Source: Nemertoderma westbladi
Taxonomy: Eukaryota; Animalia; Xenacoelomorpha
Assembly: GCA_032718475.1 (NCBI GenBank)
Contig: JAUCBJ010003374.1
Span: forward strand, 1 to 64,000
Direction: 5' to 3'
Length of the DNA: 64,000 nt
The notes below the pieces were generated by a model. It was not told where the DNA came from and did not search any database. It worked only from the letters and a program-made list of their open reading frames with translations. Positions within the stretch are counted from its first letter, which is position 1; each line of letters starts with the position of its first letter. Positions 53,315 to 64,000 of this stretch are shown one piece after another. A program made the translations under genes and the position numbers.

Positions 53315-55020
53315 TAATATTAATTTAATTGCGCCATGGTACTGGCATTATGGTAGATAAAAACGGTATTTAATTAAATCAAATAAATAAGTAAAAACGT
53401 AAAAGAGTTAAAAGAGTTCGGTAAATTACGTATCATTAGAGGCCCAGGAGGTTAGCGTTCGCGAGTTTTCCTTGCATGTTAGTAGGTGGTATAGTGGGGC
53501 CGGGTCTCCGCACAGCAGACATACACAGCTCTCCAGGTTGGGGGCATGAAATTTATCTGTCGCACAGATCTTATGATGAAATCCGTGGACCGATACCCGT
53601 GTTGTTACGTGCCGACCGGATTGGTTAGGTTCTGTCCATTTTCGGTTCTGGAATGCCGGGCTGCTCCAGAACTCGACCGGAATTTCCGACTTCTTGGTTA
53701 CGATATCTGCTCTATATTCCATCAAGGCAGCCGTATCGTTTAGGTGCAGATTACAAATGATGTCCTCGACTAGCGTGTTCTCCCCGCACAAAGCTATCAC
53801 AAGGCGATTCAATTTGCTTTTGTGTACGCCCAAAGTTTTCTTTAGGTAATTAGTCTTTACTCTGTCAATTGTATGATGTTTCTCGGTAGTCAGATGAGGC
53901 CAGATTAGATGTAGGTTGTACGTTATTATGGGTCGTATCTTTATGTTGAATACTTTTATAGCGGTCGCCAGAGAAAGATAACGCGGGTTTGTAATGTTGT
54001 GGATAGACATTATAGATTTACAACAGATATTTGTAATGTGTGTCGAAAAGGATAACGTTGGCTGGAAAGTAACACCCAAATATGTGTAAGCGTTTCGGAT
54101 TATAACAGGTTGCTGGTTGTAATAAAACTCATCTGCTTTACAAAGTTTACCTCCCCGTCGAAACTTGATCACGGCAGTTTTATTTAAATTGACTGTCTCC
54201 TCCAAATTGACTGCCCACTCTGATAGAGCATTGAGGCCGGCTTGTAGACCTTCCCTGGTGTGTGAGTAAAACAGTAGATCGTCGGCAAACAGTAATATTA
54301 CTAAAATGGCAGCCCGCTTGAGCGCATCTACCAGATCCGCAATGTATAGTATAAATAAATAAGGACTGAGTGTATCACCCTGTAATAGGCCGATCGGCTG
54401 GCTTATTGGTTTGGTTTTACGCAACCCATCGAAGACTTGTATGTAATTGGTCGATAGTAGTATTTCTATAAATCGCAGCATTCTTCCTTTGAGCCCAAAT
54501 AAACGGCGCAGTTTCTCGATGAGTTTAGGTCTTGGAACGGAATCGAATGCTTTCTTGAAATCCATAAAGCATGCGTACAGGGGTCTCCTTGGTTGGTCGA
54601 GGTTACAGTTTATATCATGGAGCAATTGTTCAATGGGTTGAGCCGTAGATCTGCCCGGTAGGAAACCAAATTGTTCTCTGGGTATCAGGTGGCTGAAGGC
54701 GGCACGTAAGCGGCGAGCTACGAGACCAGTTAAGACCTTGTACGCATTGCACAACAACGCAATGCCTCGGTAGTTATCTGGTTCGTTACGAGGTCCTTTA
54801 CCTTTGTACAACACCTTACATATACAAGATTTCCACGTAGATACAATGCGCATAGAAATGAAGCATATGTTGAATAACGTTACCCAAAAGTAGAGAGTTA
54901 GCGGGAGTGCGGCTTTCAGTAATTCGTATGGGAGGCGGTCGGGTCCCCCGGACTTCCGACTCGGTTTCTTCATAAACTCTTCCTCCACTTCCTCGGGAGT
55001 AAAAGGAGCATTATAATAAT
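53315..55020 (-). mobile_element. 5'-truncated non-LTR retrotransposon, family C (RTE-X-like, C-terminal Cys/His motif)
   Basis: 13-bp TSD AACTAATAATAAT (53302-53314, 55021-55033); AT-rich 3' tail; intact RT ORF. Confidence 0.9.
53426..55010 (-). CDS. Reverse transcriptase domain ORF, open to the stop but lacking its native start
   Basis: NYRGIAL, QFGFLPGRS, FMDFKKAFDS, GLLQGDTLSP, LFADD, YLG; HGFHHKIC..CVCLLC..HLLTC; the first ~16 aa of the listed ORF come from flanking DNA. Confidence 0.85.
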
Positions 55021-56313
55021 AACTAATAATAATAGCAACACACCGACATATGAAAAACACTTACGATTTTTACCATTATGCTATGCAATATAATAATTCA
55101 AAACAGATAATATATGAAGGCGGTATTATATTTTAAAGAAATTATCATGACTAATTACACCACCGACAACAGGCCGACCCTCCAGTGGACAATATACTTT
55201 GTTATAAATATTTGGACTGGAAATAAAAATTGTATAATCAATCATGTACTGAAATAGTTTACTAACATTGCCGAAGCTGTCGGTATACTGTCGGTTTGCG
55301 ATCTTACCTGTCGGTTTGTGTCTTTTGTTGTCGGTGGTATGCGAAAGGTGTCGGTGGTTGTCGGTGGCGTATTTAGTCAAACCCATTGAAAATCATGAGC
55401 TTATGGCTTTTTTCTCGAAAAGTCAATTTTTGCCTGTTTTCAAATACCGTATGCCAGTATGCAGTGCACCATTTCCTCAATTTTCCATCAATTTGTCCGA
55501 AAATCTACAGACAGACACCCAGCAGCCCAGCCCCAGGTCGTCTGGATGTCTGGTCGTGTATTTAATGTGGTGTAAATTTTACGGCTGCAGAGAACGAGGT
55601 GCAAGGTGCCCTTCGCGCAGCACGTGAAAAACTGTCTTTTCTAGAAAAATCATTAACTTAATTTGACCACTGTCAGTCAGTCAGTACTACTGTACTGCCC
55701 TGCCAGTACTGAGTACTGCAGTACCTGAGAACCGCCGGTACCGGTACGGTACCTACTACACTGTAAGTAGGTACCGGTAATCAATCACATAATATTTTAA
55801 ATGGCTATGTTCAATCTGTCAAATGTCTTAGGATTGTACCGGCGGCACTGGGGGAAGATGGAAGAACAGTCGGGAGAGGTTCTATTTTCAACTGAGTTGA
55901 AATTTCAACTTTATTTTTTAAAATTCAACTTTTTATTAAAATTCAACTTTGGAGTACCGGTACTGGAGTAGAGTTTAAAATTCAACTTTTTTTTAAAATT
56001 CAACTTTTGGTGTAGCTTTGGAGATACTGAAATATGGAATTGGAATCCATTACTGGTATTACTGTATTACCGGTACAGCGGTAAGACAGATCTTGCTAAA
56101 CGGTTTTCATATTTTGAATCTTGATAAAAATCTGCTCTACCGGTGGCTGAAGCAGAAAAAATATTTGAATGACTTTACTAGGCCTACTCCCCTCAATAGC
56201 TTAACTTCTCATAGACAATATACTGATATAATTATTATACTTTACTTACTGACTTATATCTGTATTTGAGTATTGCAAATATTTAATAGTCATTTTTATT
56301 CATTTAAATAACG

Positions 56314-57567
56314 ATGGAGCAAGTCGATTCAGCTCAGGAACCTTTTCTACCCGCCCCGGTCCCTGAGGTTCCATTGGCTACACCGGAGCACACGGCGACC
56401 CCTGCGAGAACTCTGGATTCTCGAATCCCTAACGGCCATGGCGCACCCCAACAGCCTGATCTACACCCCCACGTCGCCCCAGCAACCAGCATGTGGACCA
56501 CGGATCCTTGCCAACCCGTCCGTCTGGCTATGGGGACCCAGGGGACCGCTAGTCGCGCCCCGGAACGCGTCCACGATGTATTCCTCGCGAGCATACAGCG
56601 AAACAGCTGCCGTTGCGCGTTGGTTGGTGTCAACCCCAAGAAATCCTGGAACTACCAGGAATACTACGATGACTGCCGACGAGCCGCTAAGTCCTTCCTG
56701 CATCTCGGCCTCCAACGATTTAAATCCGTCGGAATTATGGGGTTCAACTCCCCGTACTGGTTCATGTCCAATTTCGGAGCGATATTCGCAGGTGGGATAT
56801 CGTCAGGGATCTACACGACAAACAACGCAGAAGCCGTGCACTTCCAGGCGGCAGACTGCGCCGCTCAGGTAATCTGCGTTGAGAACGAGGTCTATCTGAA
56901 GAAAGTGTTGGAAGCGCGGGAGATGGGACTGCCGGAGTTACGGGCCATTGTGGTTTGGGACCGGGAGGCCTCCCCACTGCTCCCCGACAAGTACAAGGAC
57001 GTCTACCTGTGGCGCGACTTCATCAAGCTAGGAGAGGCGGTTGCTGACGCAGAGCTGGACGCGCGATTGGACGAGCAGGTAGCCAATCAGTGCTGCTCGT
57101 TGATATACACCTCGGGGACGACGGGGACACCCAAGGGCGTCATGTTGAGTCAGGATAACCTGTTGTGGACGGCCTTGATGATACCAGAGGTGATGACCAC
57201 GATGAATATCGACAGACAGGAGGTCTGCGTGTCTTATCTTCCGCTCTCGCATGTCGCCGCTCAAGTGGTCGACTGTTATCTCTGTCTCCAGAACGGCTGC
57301 GTCGTGTATTTCGCTAAGAACGACGCACTGAAAGGCTCCCTCGTCGACACGATGGTCGAGGCCCGGCCCACCAGCTTCTTCGGGGTCCCGCGGGTTTGGG
57401 AGAAGATTATGGAGAAGATGTTGGAGCGCGGGAGGGGGGTGTCTCAGACGAAGCGACGGGTCGCCAAGTGGGCCAAGCGGGTCGGGTTGGAGACGAATAG
57501 ACGGAGGTTGGGAGGGAAGCGGACCACATTGCAGTACCGCGTCGCTAATAAAATCGTCTATAAAAAG
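56314..57567 (+). CDS. ACSBG: Long-chain-fatty-acid--CoA ligase, bubblegum family, coding exon 1
   Basis: GFNSPYW, GIYTTN, AMP-binding LIYTSGTTGTPKGVMLSQDN, SYLPLSHVAAQ, FFGVPRVWEK; phase-0 donor AAG|GTAAGT at 57567/57568. Confidence 0.93.
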
Positions 57568-57851
57568 GTAAGTCAGTGATAACTTATGTAACGTATGTAG
57601 AGCCTATATGCCGGAGTTTTTGTGTTAATTTAGGGGAAGACTTAGAATTGAATAATATTTTATAACCTTTTTTAGGAAAATTAATATAATAATAGTTATT
57701 AATTACCGGTATATTCTTGCTTATTACAATACAATACAGTTTTATTTTTGAGAATAATCAGCTGTTATTTGCGTCGAATTTCGCCTGGAGTTGGATGAAT
57801 TTTTATTGCGTCCAGTCCCCCCCCCCCCTATCTGGAGTCCTGGAGCTCTAT

Positions 57852-58880
57852 CTCCCAGATATTCCCATTGGTGATATCTCCTTTGCTGAAGTGAAGTGAA
57901 GGCTGCTGCAAAGAGCATTAAGACCAATCGTGCCAGTGGAGTAGATGGTGTTCCCCCTGAGGTCTTTAAGTATACGATGGTTCGACAACATTTGTGTCTA
58001 CTGTTGACGGTGACACAGAACCATTTGAAGTGTTATGGGGCGTCCTCCAGGGAGACACACTTGCACCATTCTTGTTCATAATTGTGGTTGACTATGTTCT
58101 ACGCATGTCCTTAGATCATCACAGTGATGATGGGGTGATGATAACTCCACCTACTGGCTCCAGAAGTCGAGGAAATCCTGCCAAGTACCTAACTGATCTA
58201 GACTTTGCTGATGACTTAGGAGTACTCTCAGAATCACTAGAGCCCAACGGCTCCTCAGCTCATTAGAACAGCTTGTTAAGAAGATCAAAATTTTGACAGA
58301 CCTCAGGAAATGTCTGATTGTGTGAATGAGCCATAGCTCTAGGGATGTTGTGCTTGGCTATGTGGACGACTTCTGTTAACTGGGATAATGGATCCGGAAG
58401 TCAGATAAAGGACCTTTGAATACGTAAGGCAAAGGCATGGGCAGCATTGAATAGTCTGTCCAAGTGTCCATCTCAGATGGATGCCAAATCTCTGGATTGC
58501 ACATACACAATAATGTTACGTCGGGTTCATTGTGTCAAGTACAATGGAAGTGTCGCATTACACTATAACAAAGCCGCCTCCCTGTGCATGACATTGTTTT
58601 CGCCGTGAGGACCAGCCTGTGCACAATTGTGTGCTTTGGCAGCCCCATGGTGAAAATAAGCATGGTAGACAGCCCATGACTTTCGTGAGACGTCTCCTAT
58701 AGGACACTGGCCTTGAAGATGCGAATAATCTCGCGAAAGTCATGGGGGATAGGGAGTTGTGGCGGTGCAACTTGGTTAATAAGCCAACATAGCATTCTTA
58801 ATGCACGCTGTATTGGACTTGCCAATTGTGGATTGCATGGTGGTGGCACAATTTTTTGTTAAGCCGGCATAGCATCTCAA
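57852..58880 (+). mobile_element. Multiply deleted family A LINE copy inside the ACSBG intron
   Basis: PDIPIGDISFAEVK.., GVLQGDTLAP, DFADD and 3'-end segments match 30200-31790 with gaps. Confidence 0.85.
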
Positions 58881-59241
58881 TGTGCAGCTTCAACGCAGCA
58901 GGCCGATTTTTAGTGAAAGTCTGGTATTCTTCACATGAGGTTAAACTAACAGCAGAAAGTCTGGTGTACTTCAAACGGGCTTCCGATCCGGTCGGATATC
59001 AGTGCCACGGGCGGGGGGTTGGGGATCGCGGTGCCACGGGGGTTGGGGATCGCGGTGCCACGGGGGTTGGGGGATCGCGGTTCTCTACTCGCTCTTCCAG
59101 AGGTTTACCAGTAAGTTTTGGATTCAGGTTCCCTCGGCAACTAGTAGCAGAATCGGCAACATTCGAAATAAGAATGATACCGTTTGTCGAATAGATCGGT
59201 TTATTCGGTGATCTCTACACATTATTATCTTCTTCCTTTAG

Positions 59242-60150
59242 GTTAAGAAGATGCTCGGGTTGGACCGGTGTAACGTGTTCGTATCGGCGGCGGCCCCCAT
59301 GAGTGTCGAGTGTCTCGAATACTTCCAGAGTTTGGATATCCAAATAACGGAGGTTTATGGGATGAGCGAAACATCGGGGCCTCAGGGGATAACGAAGTGG
59401 CCGAAATACAAACTGGGAACGGTGGGTCGCGCGCTACCGGGGTCCGCGATTATCATAGAGGACGAGACGGAGACGGTGGGGGGGAACCTGGTAGGGGAGA
59501 TCTGTATGCGGGGCCGGAACGTATTCATGGGCTACCTGAACAACGAGACCAAGACGAGGGAAGTCCTGGACGACTCCGGGAAGATCCGATCCGGGGATCA
59601 GGGTCGTCTGGACGACGACGGGTTCCTCTTCATAACGGGTCGGATTAAAGAGATAATCGTTACGGCCGGTGGCGAGAACGTTCCCCCCGTTCTCATACAG
59701 GACGCCATCAAGGAGGAACTTCCGTGTCTTAGCAACGTGTTCGTTGTTGGAGACCGTCGCAAATACCTCGTTTGTCTCGTCGCGTTTAAGACGGTCCCGG
59801 ACTCGGATGGCGAGCCCACCGACACGTTGGCGCGCGCCGCGGCGGATTGGTGCGCGGCCGCCGGGTGCCGAGACGTTGTCTCCGTGTCGCAACTCTGTCG
59901 GGATCCCGGTGCCGAGGTCTCCCAGGCCCTCGACCGGGGTCTGGCCGCCGCCAACCGGAAGGCAATGTCTCGCGCCCAGGTCGTCCAGAAGTGGCGCATT
60001 CTCCCGCGCGATTTCAGCGTGCGCGACGGCGACTTGGGTCCCACCATGAAGGTGAAGCGCGCCAAGGTAATGGTTAAATACGGGGACCTTATCAACGAGG
60101 TTTACAACACCGAGTCGCGACTAGCGGTCGCCGTGGTACCGGCCCAATAG
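59242..60150 (+). CDS. ACSBG: Long-chain-fatty-acid--CoA ligase, bubblegum family, coding exon 2 (joined protein ~720 aa)
   Basis: Acceptor TTCTTCCTTTAG|GTT AAG AAG ATG in frame with exon 1; EVYGMSE, GEICMRGRNVFMGYLN, SGDQG, ITGRIKEIIVTAGGENVPP, LGPTMKVKR. Confidence 0.93.
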   Translation, partial: VKKMLGLDRCNVFVSAAAPMSVECLEYFQSLDIQITEVYGMSETSGPQGITKWPKYKLGTVGRALPGSAIIIEDETETVGGNLVGEICMRGRNVFMGYLNNETKTREVLDDSGKIRSGDQGRLDDDGFLFITGRIKEIIVTAGGENVPPVLIQDAIKEELPCLSNVFVVGDRRKYLVCLVAFKTVPDSDGEPTDTLARAAADWCAAAGCRDVVSVSQLCRDPGAEVSQALDRGLAAANRKAMSRAQVVQKWRILPRDFSVRDGDLGPTMKVKRAKVMVKYGDLINEVYNTESRLAVAVVPAQ

Positions 60151-61074
60151 GCCGAACGGCCGTTACGGTTCGGTTACACCAGGGTAAGGCCAAGAGGCCA
60201 TTGTGTTAGTGATGTTACGGTTACGGTAATTCTTTTACATGCAAGTTTCCTATTTATATTAATTATATTTAAGAATAAGTCGTGTAATTTATCTTTTAAA
60301 CTAAATTTATTATTATTTTAGCAATTTTCACTTTGCAGTTTTAGCGGCAATATCGTAGAGAGGTAGTTGAGTCCCAAAGTTTGGTAAAGTATATATTTAA
60401 TGTTTTGGTTGTTATATCCAATGAACTATAGAGCATTGAATACGTCGTGAATTTCTCATGCAACTAACAGCAGTTTTACTATATGTTTATTAAATATGTC
60501 ATTTTATTATCCTTTTTTTCGTTTTGTTAATTCAATTGATTATTTATCATTTTGATTTGTGAATAATTACTGATATTGTGCTCTTTAGAAGTTGAATGGA
60601 GGAAGTATTTTTTCAAAAATAGTATTTTTTTATTGTTATTCGCTTCGTATTTCTTCGGTTGAACTGTAACAATATATTTAAACCCTATTCGAGTATCGGA
60701 AGTAATTAATTAATTTCTACTTCTACTTTATTTAACCTGTAATGCTAACCTTCTAATGATAATTAGGTTTCAGAGTTATTTTTTTTTATTGAATCTAAAT
60801 TTCAATGTTTTTGTGTTTAAGTTAAATATTTCAGTTATTGCAGTTCCCTTGTAATTTTTACTAAGTTTATGATGTAATTATAAGTAATACTTAGAGTGTT
60901 TCTATAAAGTATTGAGTTTATTTCTCTATTAGCTGCAATTTGTTGTGTTAAACTATATTATTATAGCAACTAAGATGAAGTATTGAGCTACAACTGGGGT
61001 AAATATCGTCCTTTACTGCTTTTATATTATAATTATATACTTAGTTACTTCCAAGTCTTATAATCTTGCACTTT

Positions 61075-61152
61075 ATAAGATTACAGTGCGACGATTTGTT
61101 ATAAAATCCGAGCGTAGCGATGAATTGTAATAGAAACGAGAACTGTAATCTT
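61075..61152. repeat. Imperfect hairpin with CGAGCGTAGCGA loop, same architecture as 1703-1799
   Basis: GATTACAGT...ACTGTAATC arms. Confidence 0.45.
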
Positions 61153-64000
61153 ATTTAAGTGCTATTACGATTTGGGGTTTGTAATATTATTCGAAAATTA
61201 TTTATTTATTAATTTATTAATGTTTTACGAAGAGGGTAAAATCTACAATCATTGAGATTTTATAAATAAATAAATATTTTAGGTAGTACTGTAAAGTAAA
61301 GTAGCACTTTACAGAGTGGTGATCCGAGTTTTGTAGATAAACCCTAAATTATGTTCCCATTCCAAGTATTCAGAAAGTCTTTATTGAAATATTAATCTTG
61401 TGGTCATTAGAAGTTAGTATTTTTGATTGACGGTAATTTCTAAAAATTGGGATGATTCTATAGGGATTCATCAAGGGGTGGGGGGGGGGGGGGGGGTGTT
61501 ACACCCGGTCTTTTTTTCGACAGTTGTTGTTAATGTGTGTTCTAATGTAAAATTTTAGTTCTTGAGTTAGGGAAACATTTGTAATTTTCCCTAAAAGTTT
61601 TAAAATTTATTATTTTGGTGCCGCACCACGCACCACTTTTGACACCAAAAAAGACAATCAAACACCCAAAAATATCGAAATATTTTCCTATGTTAGGAAT
61701 CTACGCCAAAAATCACCCTGTAGGAAAAATCACCCTATAAGAAAATCCTAAGAAAATCATTTTCAAAAGAATTTGAAAAGTGTTCACTTTTGGTACATGT
61801 GCGGTGCGTGCTTTTGTGCGGTGCGTGCGTGGTCAGTTGTAATCGGGAAAATAATTAGTTAGTCATCTTTCTTAATAAGGATGAAAATACGTAATTTTAT
61901 TTTTAAATTGGTAAACCAATTCTTTTTTTATTACAATTTTTAAATTTAGATTAGCCTAAAACCGGTATTATGGAACTATAGCTTGTGTTGTAGACTCTCG
62001 TTTATTGTTTTGGTTAGAGTAGCCCGCCACTGTAACCTGTTCCTTTCCTTTGGCGCTAATGGCGGTTGTCGTAACGGGTTCGTCGTCTGACCTACGACAT
62101 CTTTCTGAATCTCGATCCGTAAAGCTAACTATTTCAATATCTTATCATAAGCTATATTATTGTACGTATTTTTTGTTAATTACTGGTATCCTTTTCCGCA
62201 AACCTTTGTCTGAATTTGTGCATGTGTAACTCATACCAGTTTATCTGCGAGGAAGCCAGTTGTACTTACTATCTAGCTAGTATCTATACATACTTACCTA
62301 GTTTTTATTATTTATAATATCCTAAACTGTCGTAGTGACTGCAATATAATCGGCTGGGACAGAACGATACAAAATCATCGTAATTATATAAAACCGGTGC
62401 AGATATTATCCTGTCGTTACCGTGGTGGAGGGAAAATATATCGGTTATGGGTCAAAACACGGAAAAACGGACAAAATCGTGCTATTTTTCGTTGCTATTT
62501 TATTTACTTTAGGGTCCATATAATTTGGGTGAATTTTAAGTTTTGCAGAAAAAATATCAATGACGAAAATTGGTCAGCTCATTTCAAGAACATCCTTCAA
62601 CATTATTACACAAAAATTTTAGATTACATTGTGAAAAATTTTTATTTTTTGCTTATGATTGAAACGCTGAGAAGCTGCGACATACAATAATTGCGAGGTT
62701 AATAAAGAATTGAGAGCAGAGTGAAAATATGTTCCACGTTATTTAACATGTAATACGTAGTTTTATTTTTAAATGGAACATTATTTTCACAACGTTATTA
62801 ATATATTAGTTTCATTTAGTGCATCTCAAGTTATGCATATTATGACATATTGGTAAGCAGGAATTTTGTTTAAATATTGCTTATTTTAGAACAACTTAAT
62901 GTTTCTTTATTAAGACCTTCCTCTATGTCACTGTGTACCTTCTGGAACAACTTTTTTAAGAATAGGGAACAATTTCTACACCATAAAAATTCCAAAAACT
63001 AGCTATATTTTCGAATGATTTTTAATTTAGTTTAATTTAATAAAATTAATGTTCTAGAACTTATTAAAAATTTAAAATAATAATAATAATAATAACGACA
63101 GTTTTATGCATACGGGCCACTAATTGATAAATAATCGCGTTTACAATTTTTGCGCACTTGCATGAGTTTTTGAGATATTGGATGGTATACACACATACAT
63201 AACATACAACATACAAAATACAACAATTCAAACCAATACAACAAAATACAACAATTAATTAGCTAGTAAATAAATGTTTTTTTTAACCTTTTTAACAACT
63301 TCTAGAATAAAACGAGTATTATTTGTAATATTTATAAATTTATACAGCTCACATTTTCAAAAAAATTTTAATGCCTTTTCTATGGAAGGAGGTAAAATAA
63401 TGTTATATTTAAAAACAAAATTGTATTCATTGATCGCATTGGCGTAATAGGCATGGGCATCTCCTGCCTGTCTTATGTGCCGATTATTACAAGACCAAAA
63501 TGTTTTCAACTGTAATGCGGAGACGGGGGGGGGGGGGGACTCGACGCAAAACCCGCCTTGGCGAATTAATATCACGCCTCAATGTTAAATTCTCAATTTA
63601 GGGAAAGGAGCAGGTTACAGTGGTACGTTATATAGTGGTACAATAAACTAAACACAATAGAACAGGTTACAGTTTTATTTTTGAGAGTAATCAGCTGTTA
63701 TTTGCGTCCAATAGCACAACATTCCATTACCAGTGGAACAAATCTCAAATTACAGACGTGGACAAATTACAGTATTACAGGCAGTTCACATGTTTTTGGC
63801 AAATAAACAAGATAAATCATTATCACTACGAAATTCTCCGACAAAATGGCCTTAGAAAATATACTGGTTCCATATTTTGGTTTTATACCATTTTTTGGCT
63901 ACTTTTCAGTGTTTTGACCCTCTATTGTTCTTCTATAATTTAATTGTACGCCGAAGTATAACAACGTTTACTTTTACACACGTTTCCAGTATAATTTGTT

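Larger units (their letters stand above)
50110..55384. mobile_element. Composite long-TIR (Mutator/foldback-like) element with 8-bp TSD, carrying nested insertions
   Basis: Termini GGGTTTGACTAAATACGCCACCGA / TCGGTGGCGTATTTAGTCAAACCC; TSD ATTGAAAA at 50102-50109 and 55385-55392; arms rich in CCGACA. Confidence 0.85.

Noticed and set aside
56334-60095. Overlapping alternative-frame and antisense ORFs within the ACSBG exons
   Set aside because: Expected shadow ORFs of GC-rich coding sequence
60200-64000. Short ORFs and poly-G tracts in the distal AT-rich region
   Set aside because: No recognisable homology; probably UTR plus degraded non-autonomous repeat fragments whose ends I could not define

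Overview
AT-rich, repeat-dominated eukaryotic genomic DNA, probably from an invertebrate animal. About 28 kb is tandem repeat: a 19-bp array (1-744), a ~24.5-kb 52-bp satellite (5468-29985) that produces three artefactual ~8,000-aa ORFs, and a 27-bp array (40450-43291). Most of the rest is nested mobile elements: at least three non-LTR retrotransposon families (RTE/RTE-X-like) and several non-autonomous palindromic DNA transposons with readable TSDs (TTAA, 8 bp, 9 bp). Host genes are a two-exon, ~720-aa bubblegum-family long-chain acyl-CoA synthetase (56314-60150) and a probable isolated 3'-terminal exon ending in a CaaX motif (40083-40181), which the ORF track misses. The most notable observation is a diverged, covarying, pseudoknot-like RNA motif found in inverted orientation at both ends of a full-length RTE-like element (~33995-34063 on +, ~38898-38958 on -), a candidate self-cleaving or cis-acting RNA. 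All calls were made by eye, without database searches or folding software.
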